A stretch of DNA of 64,000 bases from Octopus vulgaris (taxonomy: Eukaryota), in the NCBI GenBank assembly GCA_951406725.2, contig OX597814.1, positions 57,536,001-57,600,000 of the forward strand, written 5' to 3'. Shown piece after piece: positions 39,646 to 51,070 of the stretch; position 1 is the stretch's first letter; every line of letters begins with the position of its first letter. The notes under the pieces are model-generated. The model was given only the letters and a program-made list of their open reading frames with translations. It made no database searches and was not told the DNA's origin. Position numbers and translations under genes: made by a program.

Positions 39646-41470
39646 CACACATATGCGTAGAGCTAACTACACAAGAAATACGTGTTGTAAGAAGACACGT
39701 ACACTCATTATAAGAGTGCAAATATATCCGTGCATACATTTACTGATATGCACGCATTAACTCATTCCCACATTTTCCAATTCTTGAAATTCTCTTCACT
39801 CAAACAAAGACACCTTGCCACTTTGTTAGTGATTTGTCTGAATTCTGTGAAGAAGAACTTTAGCAATTGTCATAGGGAAAACATATCATCACATTGACAC
39901 ACATTTATGTTTACACGAGAAAATATAATTTTGTCTTTAACCGTAATATTTAAAGCAAAGAAGAGAAATATATTGCTGATTGCACGCTTATGTCATACAT
40001 TCACATACGCATATGTGCAGACATTCACTTATTTACAAATATCCGAAGAAAAACCAGATATACTTGTCATTTTCTTTAAATTGTTATATTTCAAGCCCTT
40101 CCTCTCATCCCGAGAATCACACACTTACGTACATGCATTAATACCTAGGTATGGATAGATGGATGGATGCATATGTTTATAAAAGCATGAATTTGAACAT
40201 AAATTTGCAATAAATGCTTAACTATTAAAAAAGAACAGAATTGACACAGTAGGACAATAAGAAACACGCTTCTATTGAATTAAAGATAAAACAATTAGTT
40301 ATATTGGTTTCAAATTTTGACACAAGGCCAGCAGGTTTGGGGAAGAAGATAAGTTGATTCTGTTGACCAAAGTTTTCATCAGGTGCTTATTTTATTGACT
40401 CTGAAAGAGATGAAAGGTAAAGTCAACCTCGGCAGAATTTGAACTCTGAACATGAAAACTGAGGAAATATCGCTGTGTTGAGCCTGGCGTGCTAACGATT
40501 CTGCCAGTTGATCACCTTGGAACAGCCAGCAATATTAATGAATATAAACTATAAAAAAAACAATAAAAAAACTGACTCCGTTGAAAAGTCCAGTTTGTAT
40601 AAAATCATACGTTTTTAATAATTATTTTTATATCAATTTAATCGGGAAAAACAGTTATGGACATAAGTAATTGCAGTAATGGACTAATTTGTTGTTGTTG
40701 TTAAACACTTGGTCATCCTTGTTTGAACTGACCTATCATTGAAGCCGTTACATTTATTATCACACCTCTTTTATTCAGTTTGTGCATCTTGCTTCATATT
40801 ATTCAATGTGACCTTCCTACATAAAAACAATAAGAAAAAATTTAAGGATCTTTGACTGTCATATAAATTGATCACATAGAGCAGGGGTAAAGCAACGTTT
40901 TCGTACCAAAAGTTAATTCCACGTTCATAAAAGACTCAATGAGGGCAAGTCACTATCAAAAACACTAAAGAATTTTCTAATTCAAAATTATGTTCAAGAT
41001 TACGCTATTGTAGGATAGACTTAGAAATATAGGTCATATGACTATTGTTGAGCGACATCATAGAATGCTTCAATTTCCTTTTTCAGTGACAGTATTCTTG
41101 ACTGCGTATAGAAATGAGCCCAAGCTCTGATAGTGTTTTATAATTTCCTCGGTTGATTCACTAAGGTGGATTTATAAACCTTGTAACAATAGAAATATTT
41201 TTGCAATAAGACTTAGCTTGTAGCATATCGATTGTATACGCTCTAATTGTTTGGAATGCATGTGATCATCCACAATAATGATTTCCGTCTATGAGAACAT
41301 TTTAGCCCAAATAAACATTGCAATTGCTACCTTAGGTCAGGCCCATTTTTAACACCATGAAGCGGTGTGACATGGTTGGATTTTGATTTCTATACGAAAA
41401 TACTACGTCGACGATGAAGTACAGGTAAGAGTAGAGCTTGCCACACAGCTTATAAGGCAGTTCGCGGAAA
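37930..41470. repeat. Old local duplication (~37930-39140 vs ~40230-41470) containing a decayed RTE endonuclease start
   Basis: Collinear shared anchors CAGTAGGACAATAA, TTTGTATAAAATCAT, GATCAC.TAGAGCAGGGGT, GTGATCAT..ACAA and TTCGCGGAA. Each copy carries a different SINE insertion. 38941-39060 reads GS*NMQAL...LA*IDIDIADL. Confidence 0.6.
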
Positions 41471-44379
41471 AAGAGTTTTCAAGCTCCAGAAACCTCATAT
41501 AAAGGAAGGTTCACTTACAAGAAGACTTCCAGTTTTCAGACTACTTCTACAAGAGTTGTCCTGGCCTCGTACAACATTCTGCAAACTCTCCAAAGTAATC
41601 GTTGCTCATACAAGACATCAGCACTTTTTTCAAATTCAGGAAGTTTTTGTTAAATATCCCCATCCCCCCCTTTGTAATGAACAGTATGATCTCTCATATA
41701 TTTCTTGTACATTCATAAATCACTTCTGGGTGGTGTATTACCGAGTGTCTTCTTTGCACCAATTTGTCCTTTTTGCAAAATAATGGAGGAATACTAGATT
41801 TTATATGTTATTTTATCTCTTGCCTCAAATTTCTTTTGGAGCTGAATCATTTCCCTTCACTAGTATTACTATGTTGCTATTGTTGTCGTTGTTCCCATTT
41901 CTGCCCAGGTTTTTGGTGATTTTTTTTGGATTAGTCAGAGAAGAGAAGTTAATGACCATGATCGCTGAAAGACATCTGGGACTGGTGGATTGAAAAAAAG
42001 GAAATGATCGTGACCCACAGTCTGCTACTGTAAGAATCACTACATCAAGACATCGACTGATAACCTGTTTACCATCGAGTGGGCTGCATTGAACCACCAA
42101 GGGTCAGGTGGTTGTCTTAAACTGGACAACTTTTAAATCTGTCGCTCAAGAACATGCACAGGCCATACAACAGTCTTTCATACAGTTTCTGTCCTGCCAA
42201 ATTTTATTCGTAATGTTTGGGTCAATTGGAAAATATGGAAGGATATTAACCCAAGGATGATATGCTGCGGGATCGCATCTAAAAGTCACATTTTTGCGAA
42301 TCTGACTTAACCGCATAACTATATGGACATATGTACGCCCATGTTGTTACTAGTATTCATTCAAATTCATTCTGCTTTCCATTTTGCTATTATCGAATTG
42401 GCAGACGCCTTTCTTTTTTGTGCTACTACCATTCATGCTCTTACAGTTTGTCTCCTCTTCCTATTACTTTCCACTACATTATGTAAAAGTACTGGTTACC
42501 TTGTTGGCAAAAGGAAAAAAACATAATAAAAATGAATTCTACTTGAGTGGAGAAATTCGGTAAAACTGTTCTACGTTTGAAACTCAAGGCATTGCAAATG
42601 CAAAGTAGCAATAAAACATATTTTACAGCTAATGAAAGCCAACATTTTGTTTTGAGTTACGCTGGACATGCCTGACTTATTTATTAGGCAATAAAAAAAT
42701 AATATTATTATTAATAATAATGTTTATAATGATTAGGATAACAATGATAATAATGCAAAATGATAATCCATTCCACTTTAGGTACAAGACTTGAAATTTT
42801 GGAGAGGGGGCTAATCGGTTACATCGACCTTAGTGTTTAACTGGTGTTTATTCTATCAGCCTCAAAAGAATGAAAGGCAAAGTCGACTTCGGTGGGATTT
42901 GAACTCAGAACATAAAGACGGACGAAGTGCCGCTAAGCTAATGGTGCGAGGGCTATTCTAGGATTTACAAACATGTGGCGATGCACAAAGATATTTGTAT
43001 TAAAACGAGAGCTAGTGTAATAACGATATGCAATAAGTTTATTAGAATTAGGACATTAGCAGTTTTATACAAAGATATACACACGCACACATACATATTG
43101 AACGCCATACGACATTTAAAGACTTTCTGGACTGATTAAAAAAACCAAAAAAAAAAAAAAACCTTCCTTCGTCTTCCTTTTAAGATAAAGCCTTCTAGTA
43201 TCACTATTTCTGTGGATGGTGTGCACAGTGTTTTAAGGATTTCAATATCAAGGGAGCAACTTTTTAGCACCGTTCAGTCAACTATCTGAAACTTTGGTTG
43301 TATTGTTGGTTCATCTTGTTGTAGGAAGAATGTTTCAATGCCATATTTCATCAGCTCTGATTAGCAGACCTATATTTAAAGACAGACATTCTAACCATGA
43401 CAACCGCCTTTTTTGCTTTACATGTTTCTTGCTATTTTCAGCAATGTTGAGACAATAACTGATATCGGTTTCAGCTCCAAAATAAATAGAAGCACGAGCA
43501 GACTATCTCCTTAGAGTACTCCTATTGAAATATCTGTAATGTTATAGTCAGTTGCTGTGTATTAGGTTACCTCACGAAGATGGTTAACCAGCTTTTTGTA
43601 ATCTAAGCCTTTCATTGACAACCAGTGGAATAACAGGTATTTTGCTAAATACAGTGATGACAGAAAGTATAGATGGGAAATAGTCTAATGTCATAATGTA
43701 ATTAGATCTTATTGTCACAAAAGTTTCTATCACATTAATTTATTTATATTTATTACATCAGGAAATATAGCTTTATTAATTAAAAGTTGTTCGATACATC
43801 AGTCAATTCCATTTTTACACTTCTAGTATATGTTTGGTGTAGCAATCAATTTGGAGAAACTGGTTGAAGCAGTTTAAGCAATCAGCAGGCCTATAGATTT
43901 CGAGTAGATCAGTTTATACGAAGCTAGTTTAGTACGTCAATTGCTTTTCATCTGTGGTTCTTTTGGATGTAGATATGAATGGCTTCTGTAATACGTCAAC
44001 ATCTTGCACCAGTATTAAGTCTCTTGTTTGGGACGTTCTTATGAACATCTCTGGTGAGAGTTTCTGAACTGATAATGTTTGCTTTACAGTTGATATTGAT
44101 ACAGCATTTTCTTCTAATTGTATTCAGCTATGAATGCAAAATCATTATTTTTTGTAAGCCTTTTATTGGCAACCACTAAGGCAACTGATATGGTTGATAA
44201 AATCAGTGATGTCAATACGTATAGGCGGCCAAAATCATTATTTTCTTTCAAAATTCCAGGTTAAAACGATGTAAGATCCTTTTAGAAAAGGCTCTTTTTA
44301 CAGAGTTATATTCTCTTATCCTTAGCTGTACATCTTGAAGACTACTGACAAATGTGTTATCAGTTTGTGGGGACAGGGT

Positions 44380-44548
44380 TAAGTCGCTTAAAGTGATCCC
44401 AGTACTTGACTGGCACTTATTTTATCGACCCTGAAAGGTTGAAAGGCAAAGTCGACCCTGGCAGAATTTGAACTCAGTACGTCATGACGGACGAAATGCC
44501 GCTAAGCATTTCCCCCGGCGTGCTAACGATTCTGCCAGATCGCCTCCT
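44380..44548 (-). mobile_element. tRNA-derived SINE (same family as 31219)
   Basis: Reverse-complement match. Further copies or fragments at ~40320-40518(-), 42780-42937(-), 55150-55272(-), 58560-58730(+), 59640-59790(+), 59800-59985(+) and 60258-60397(-). Confidence 0.8.
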
Positions 44549-46238
44549 TCATCAAATGTGTAATAATGATGATTAGTTTATGTTGTCATTAATAGTAATG
44601 AAAATTATGACTCAACGTCTCGAATTTTTGTTTTTGTGTTATATAAGTTTGAAATGCAGTATTACTCTACAGTATAATTCAACTTTTCGCAAGATTGCAC
44701 CTTAATTATATATCTAAATGTAATGTGGATTAATTACCATTTAACAATATGATCACTAATTTGATAAGATGTTTAGGTATACAGAAAACGCACATGTGGC
44801 ATGTGATACTATGTAGAAGCCTGCTTATAAATCTATCTGCATTCTGTAACTTTTGCATAATATGGGTTAATGCAATGGCTTGGTCTCATTCCTTTCTTAA
44901 ACTATCCACCCCTATCATCACCTTCAATATTAGCGTGGGGAAAGGAAAAGCAGAAAATTTAAGAAAAATTTTAATTAGGAAATGATAATCTAGTCATATT
45001 CAACAGCACGAAAATGCAATTTCGATTCATATTTAGGAAACTATATTGCGCTACGCCTCTCTCTCTTTCTCTTTCTCTCTCTCTCTTACTTGCTGAGCAA
45101 CGAAATCAAAACACTAAACGTGCTCCAAATGCTAGGCTGCATAATGTCTAATAGTCATTAGACTAGCTGTGAAGAAGAGAGAAGTTACTAGAAAATTGTC
45201 GGAAGCCGCCGAGAAAGTAAGCCATTACATCTGTGGTGCATTAAGAACGAGCATTGAGGGTAGTAGACACATTTGGCCAAGAAATGCAGCATCTGACTTG
45301 TGCTTTTGTGCAAGAGTTTTGTTGCCTACATCGATAGGTGGCCCCGAATAGTTCTTGTGCCGTAGTGCAAGGGGCCAAAACACCCTCAGTTTTGTTTCTC
45401 CGCCAGATGAAACATCGACTTCTGCATTCTGAGACGTAATGCAGTAGGACTTTCTGTGCACAAGTGTTTACAGCCCCATCAAAAATATGTTGCCGAAACT
45501 CCAACAGATGCGGTTTCATTTTTTAAGACCCGAGAAAACATCAACTCGAGCCAGTTACTGATTCTGTTAAACAAATGACAAGACAAGCTTTGTAATACTG
45601 CTCATGTATATGTGCCGGTAATGTTACTACACATACAAACATCAATGACCACTTCCAAACGAACTGATTGAATTTGATTCCCTACCGACGCTTTACTACA
45701 ACTACCACACTCAAACGCACTCTTTTTTCTCTACTTCCCTACTACAACGGCCTATGACCCTTTCAACCATTTGTAAAAATACTCCATCAATTCAGATATC
45801 TACTCACCTTGAATCCCTTCGCTCAATCTGCCGTGGGTGACATTCCAGCATCCATCCTAAATACTTTGCTAAATCTTTCATTTCAAGAACAGTCATATTC
45901 AGGGATTAACGCCGTGTCCACGTTATTTCTGCACACACCAACTCACAACGTTGGACTTAACACGGACAACATCAATTTTATTAGTGTGTGAAGACACGCA
46001 AATGTCATCACCACAGTGTTCTCTTCAAACTTATAAAAATGATTTAAATGACCACTATAAGACAACATAAATTCATATAAGTTGTCATTTAAAAAGTTTA
46101 TTATAATATATATATATATATACGCATGGCGTTCGATCATATAATAATATAAATATATATATATATAAATTGATATATAAATATATGCATATATACATAC
46201 GTATATGTACATACCTACAGATATATGTATATATACAT

Positions 46239-47190
46239 GCATATATGGGTACAGGACATCAAAAAAACGTTGAACACAATGAGAAACGAAAACATAAAAG
46301 CAAAAACATAGAAAACGAAATTATTTTCGAACAACGAAAAAAACAAACAGAGAAACGAGACATGCAACATAAAGAATATTCCCCTTCATCAGTGTCCCTG
46401 TTTCTTCTACTCCGCGTTTCGAAGACAAGGACAATACGCGACTTCGTTGAAATAGTCCTTCCCGCAAAGCAAATTAAATGAAATTTGAGATATTTTGCGG
46501 AGGGTGAAAGTGGTAACAAAAACAGGACAGTGAAAACAAGACAGTAAAAACAAACGGTGAGGGCTGTTAAGTCAAGACGATAGAGAAATTGTTATGAACG
46601 CTAGGAAGACGAGCTTATGAGAGGAAACAGTTATAAGCACGTGTTGTCTTTAGCAAGGAAATGGGCAGAAAGATAGATTCCCTTTCGTCACGTGTCATCG
46701 ACGAGAGGATCAAGGCGGAAGAGTGAGAGAGAGGGAACGGTGAAGAGAAGAGAAGAATAAGGAAGGGTGGGAGAGAAAACCAGAACGATGAAGAACGAGA
46801 GAGGGAGAGAGATAGACAGAGAAGAGATAGTCTCTACTATCTCTTCTCTGCCTATATATCTCCCTCTCTTGTTCTTCATCCTTTCTTATTTTCACTCCCA
46901 CCCTTCGCTATTCAGCGAAAGGTTGAATTAATGCAATTTAAGAAATTGAATTTGTCTGGACATTTACTCATATGATTTAGGTAAACTCATATGCCATAGG
47001 GAAAACATGAACCTGAAGTCGTGAGATTGATATTTCGTTTGAATAACAAGAAGTCAGATTCGTCTTCTTCCCACGCAAACTTAATTCGACTTCTGAATTT
47101 CAATCTATAAATTTTGCCGATGTATGAATCTCCTACTTTCCTCGAAATCTTTTCAGCAACGTTTTTTGATGTCCTGTACACATATATGCA
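46239..47190. mobile_element. ~950-bp element with ~35-bp terminal inverted repeats inside TA-rich repeat
   Basis: Left GCATATATGGGTACAGGACATCAAAAAAACGTTG; right end is the reverse complement CAACGTTTTTTGATGTCCTGTACACATATATGC. The left ~330 bp is related to 26260-26580. Confidence 0.65.
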
Positions 47191-47266
47191 TATATATTAT
47201 ATATATATCATCATCATTGTCAACACCATCTCCTCTGCTTACTACTACTAGTATCGACAAACATCT

Positions 47267-47896
47267 TTGTCTTGGAATCGACCTTCTCAATCATTACCAC
47301 TGTCAACATCTCTTCTACCTAATACTACTACTACAACTACTACTACTAATGCTATCTCAAGGAATTTACCTCCTACAGGTCACAAAGGTCGCCAAAACTT
47401 CAACAAACTATCATCTACACCTTTCACAACTCACACACACACACGCACCTACACACCCACTCGAAACCCCATCATTTGCCGATATTCTCTTCACCATAGA
47501 CTGTGCACTGATAGAGACTGCAAATTCACCCATTTACCTGGAACAAAACGCTCTATCCCCACAAACTACAACAGCAACCACCATAATACAACACCACCAC
47601 AACCACCAATATCTCAAACAAGGAATCCCCAAATCTGCCGCTATTCCCAGCGAGACAGATTGTGTTTGCACAGGGATTGTCCCTTTACCCATCTCCCGGG
47701 GACTCGTCGGACATTTAAAGATAACCACTCACATAAAAATAGCCGCGGCCACAGTCACCTGCGGTTCCCTAGCCAGGAAACCACCTCTTCTTCCTCTTTT
47801 TTAGCTATAATGAATCTAGCAAAAGAACTGGAAAAAAACATCCGAGCTATCACCCACCACCATCCACCACTATTACCCCACTGCACATGCCATTAA
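47267..47896 (+). CDS. LINE ORF1 with two CCCH zinc fingers (no upstream ATG; probably truncated or mutated)
   Basis: CRYSLHHRLCTDRDCKFTH and CRYSQRDRLCLHRDCPFTH (C-x8-C-x4-C-x3-H), each followed by LPGT[K/R]R; overlaps the ORF2 start by 10 nt; frame opens after TAG at 47249. Confidence 0.7.
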   Translation: MSWNRPSQSLPLSTSLLPNTTTTTTTTNAISRNLPPTGHKGRQNFNKLSSTPFTTHTHTRTYTPTRNPIICRYSLHHRLCTDRDCKFTHLPGTKRSIPTNYNSNHHNTTPPQPPISQTRNPQICRYSQRDRLCLHRDCPFTHLPGTRRTFKDNHSHKNSRGHSHLRFPSQETTSSSSFLAIMNLAKELEKNIRAITHHHPPLLPHCTCH

Positions 47897-49077
47897 AAAG
47901 CAATCAAATAAACAAATCACCAAAACAATTAAAACCATCCACTCTCGCCTCAACATTTCTGCTTAATGCCCAAGGCATCAGCCCTTCCACCAATACACAA
48001 AAATGGAAGATAAGATTCCTGGAGGACTGGGTCGAGGCCCATCCAAACCACATCCCTTTCTTCGTCCTCACTGAAACCCATCTTAGTGACCTCCACTTGG
48101 AAGCCGAGGTGAAAGTTAAAAATTTCAAAACCATTCGTGCTGATCGTGCTGGCAGAAGAAAGGGTGGGACTGCCATTTATGTCCATGATTCATTCTCAAC
48201 AGAAGCCATGAACATATTTTCCAATGGATACTGCGAAGCAGTCGCTGTATTCAGTCAAACCAACAATTTAACAGTAGTTGGGCTCTACAGACCACCCCAA
48301 ACGCCCCTACCATGCTTCAAGGAATGCCTCAACAGCATAAAGTGTTTCATTCAGCAGTGTCAACCTGACAACATTTTAATGATGGGAGACTTCAACCTTC
48401 CCGGGGTTGACTGGTCTACAAACAGTCTGCCGCCAGGTTCTTCTCTCTCAACCCCTGACAGGGAGGCAGTGGAATCGCTTCTTGACTTCATGGATGACTT
48501 CTTCTTGTCCCAACTGGTACTCGAACCAACGAGATGTCACAAAAACGTCTTAGACTTAATTTTCAGCAATCACACTGATACTATCCACAATATTGCAGTG
48601 GAGAAAACCCTACTCTCCGACCATGACATGGTTCTCTATGATCTGAGATTTCACTGGCCAAAATGCAAAACAAATGTCATCCCTCCTGTTCATCCATTTG
48701 ACACTATGGATTTCCACAATGCAAACTGGGAAGCGATCAATAATGATCTTGCACAAGTCGATTGGTCCTTCACGCACACATACACACCCACTAACATCAA
48801 AAAGTCCTGGCAGTCACTTGTAGACACCATCACGGACATATGTGCAAGACACACCCCATTAAGATCTGCAAACAAATCTAAGTGTCGAATCCCTAGAAAT
48901 AGAAAATCTCTAATAAGGAAAATTAAAAGAATCAACAAAAAGATCAACGTGCTGAAATACTGTCAACAACAACACACCAACCTGACTGCCATCTCGTCGC
49001 TAGAGATTAAAAAACATAAACTCCAAAACAACATGATGTCTATCATCAATAGTCAGCGAAGAGCTGAAGAGGCCTAG
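47887..49077 (+). CDS. LINE ORF2 N-half: APE-type endonuclease
   Basis: LNAQG, LTETHL, GGTAIYV, YRPP, MGDFN, LDLIFSN and SDH motifs; ends at a premature TAG in frame with the RT. Confidence 0.92.
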   Translation: MPLKSNQINKSPKQLKPSTLASTFLLNAQGISPSTNTQKWKIRFLEDWVEAHPNHIPFFVLTETHLSDLHLEAEVKVKNFKTIRADRAGRRKGGTAIYVHDSFSTEAMNIFSNGYCEAVAVFSQTNNLTVVGLYRPPQTPLPCFKECLNSIKCFIQQCQPDNILMMGDFNLPGVDWSTNSLPPGSSLSTPDREAVESLLDFMDDFFLSQLVLEPTRCHKNVLDLIFSNHTDTIHNIAVEKTLLSDHDMVLYDLRFHWPKCKTNVIPPVHPFDTMDFHNANWEAINNDLAQVDWSFTHTYTPTNIKKSWQSLVDTITDICARHTPLRSANKSKCRIPRNRKSLIRKIKRINKKINVLKYCQQQHTNLTAISSLEIKKHKLQNNMMSIINSQRRAEEA

Positions 49078-50904
49078 GCCATTAAGAAGATCAAACTCAA
49101 TCCCAAAGTGTTCTTTTCATTTGCAAAAAAACACAGAGTCACTGGTTCTACTGTTGGCCCTCTGATTGATGAAAATGGTACTCTTCAAGACAATGCCAAA
49201 ACCATGGGAGAGATATTGCAGAAACAATATTGCTCTGTTTTCAGCAATCCTTATATGACTGATCTGGGCTGTATCAGTGATGTTACTCCCCAATACACTT
49301 TATCGGACATAACATTTGGCGCTCCTGATGTCTTAGCAGCAATAAAGGAAATGAAGCATAATTCAGCAGTAGGTCCCGATAGGTTCCCTGCTTGTGTCTT
49401 GAAGATGTGTCAAAACCAACTTGCACCCCCTCTAGCCAATCTGTGGCGGAACTCACTGGATGCTGGATATATACCAGAAGACCTTCTATCCCAGTCTGTT
49501 GTCCCAGTTTTCAAAAAAGGAAACAAATCGCTTGCCGTGAATTACCGTCCAATCTCACTCACCTCTCATATCATCAAGGTATTTGAGAGGGTGCTGAGAT
49601 CGCGTATGACTCACTTCCTTGAGAGTCATAATATGCTGAACCCCAACCAGCATGGATTCCGTAATGGGAGAGATTGCCTGACGCAGCTACTGCATCATTT
49701 TGATGACATTTTGAGAGCCTTGGGAGAAGGTTCCAACACTGATGTCATCTACCTTGATTTCAGCAAGACCTTTGACAGGGTTGATCATAAGATCCTTCTG
49801 AGAAAGCTGTCCAATATTGGTGTCACTGGAAAGCTGCTGCAGTGGATCAAGTGCTTCCTGTCTAACAGAACCCAACATGTTGTAGTCGAAGGAGTCAAAT
49901 CCAGCCCAGCCAAAGTCAGCAGTGGTGTCCCACAAGGCACTGTGTTGGGCCCACTTCTCTTCATCATCTACATAAATGATATTACTGACACCATCAAACA
50001 CAGTAACATCAGAACCTTCGCTGATGATTCCAAGCTCCAGAAGGTCATCAATGGCATGGATGACCGAATAAACCTTCAGTCAGACCTACTGGCTGTTGTC
50101 CAATGGGCGGAAAAGAATAACATGTTGCTAAATGAAGACAAATTCGAACTGATCCACTTTGGAAGGGAGGACGCTCTGAAACTCCCATACTCTCTTCCTT
50201 CTGGAGAAATTCTCATGGCATCCAACAACATCAGAGACCTGGGAGTAACAGTGGACAACAACATAAGCTGGGCTACACATATAAGCAGCAAAGTTGACAT
50301 GGCCCGCAGAATGTGTTCCTGGATTCTCAGAACCTCCCAGTCGAGAGATTCTCACGCTATTATCTTTCTCTTCTCCACTTTTGCCCGACCCCACCTTGAA
50401 TACTGCTGTCCACTGTGGTCTCCCTACACAAAACAAAATATTATGAGAATTGAAGCTCCCCAAAGGTCAATCACAAAAAAGATAGATGGCATGTCAGACC
50501 TTGACTACTGGGGTAGACTAGAGAAGCTGAAATTGTATTCACTCCAACGACGCCGTGAACGCTACATTATCTGTATGATGTGGAAAATATTCCATCAGCA
50601 CTGTCCGAATGATGTTGGCATCACCTTCAAAATGTATCCAAGGCTTGGACCACGTGCCATCCGTCCACAACAAAAATCTAAATCGCATCACATAACGACA
50701 ATACGGCACAACTATTTCACCTCAATTGGACCCGCTCTCTTCAACATTACTGCAGGACACGTCAAAAAAGAAACTGACCACACAAAATTCAAGAAGTCTT
50801 TGGACAAATTCCTTCAAACAGTACCGGACAAACCACCCACACCCGGATATGTCTCCGCAAACAATAACTCTCTGCTCGAATGGGCCTTGGTGCCCAAATC
50901 CTGA
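49078..50904 (+). CDS. LINE ORF2 C-half: reverse transcriptase (CR1 clade)
   Basis: YRPISLTS, QHGF, YLDFSKTFD, GVPQGTVLGP, FADD, RDLGV, RPHLEYC and LYSLQRRRER; continuous in frame with 47887-49074. Confidence 0.95.
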   Translation, partial: AIKKIKLNPKVFFSFAKKHRVTGSTVGPLIDENGTLQDNAKTMGEILQKQYCSVFSNPYMTDLGCISDVTPQYTLSDITFGAPDVLAAIKEMKHNSAVGPDRFPACVLKMCQNQLAPPLANLWRNSLDAGYIPEDLLSQSVVPVFKKGNKSLAVNYRPISLTSHIIKVFERVLRSRMTHFLESHNMLNPNQHGFRNGRDCLTQLLHHFDDILRALGEGSNTDVIYLDFSKTFDRVDHKILLRKLSNIGVTGKLLQWIKCFLSNRTQHVVVEGVKSSPAKVSSGVPQGTVLGPLLFIIYINDITDTIKHSNIRTFADDSKLQKVINGMDDRINLQSDLLAVVQWAEKNNMLLNEDKFELIHFGREDALKLPYSLPSGEILMASNNIRDLGVTVDNNISWATHISSKVDMARRMCSWILRTSQSRDSHAIIFLFSTFARPHLEYCCPLWSPYTKQNIMRIEAPQRSITKKIDGMSDLDYWGRLEKLKLYSLQRRRERYIICMMWKIFHQHCPNDVGITFKMYPRLGPRAIRPQQKSKSHHITTIRHNYFTSIGPALFNITAGHVKKETDHTKFKKSLDKFLQTVPDKPPTPGYVSANNNSLLEWALVPKS

Positions 50905-50988
50905 ACTCAAAGACTTCGCCAGGTGGTGCTATTAAGTTAGACATGGCCTGGGCCAATACTGGCCAAAACCTTTCTAAGTTATTCTAAG

Positions 50989-51047
<59 letters not shown>

Positions 51048-51070
51048 CCTTTATTTATCTACTTGTGAAG

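Larger units (their letters stand above)
47208..50991 (+). mobile_element. Near full-length CR1-type LINE inserted in (TA)n
   Basis: ORF1 plus APE-RT ORF2, a short 3' UTR ending in tandem TTCTAAGTTA x2 (50972-50991), and TA repeats on both flanks. Confidence 0.92.

Noticed and set aside
43321-43358. Minus-strand GAG-CTGATGA-AAT..ATT-GAAA-CAT-TC-TTC
   Set aside because: Only 3-bp weak stems, a non-palindromic helix III, and no PLE or (TA)n context; not counted.
45140-46010. GC-richer block with several short ORFs
   Set aside because: No consistent frame or motif; it may be a decayed PLE N-terminus but this cannot be supported by eye.
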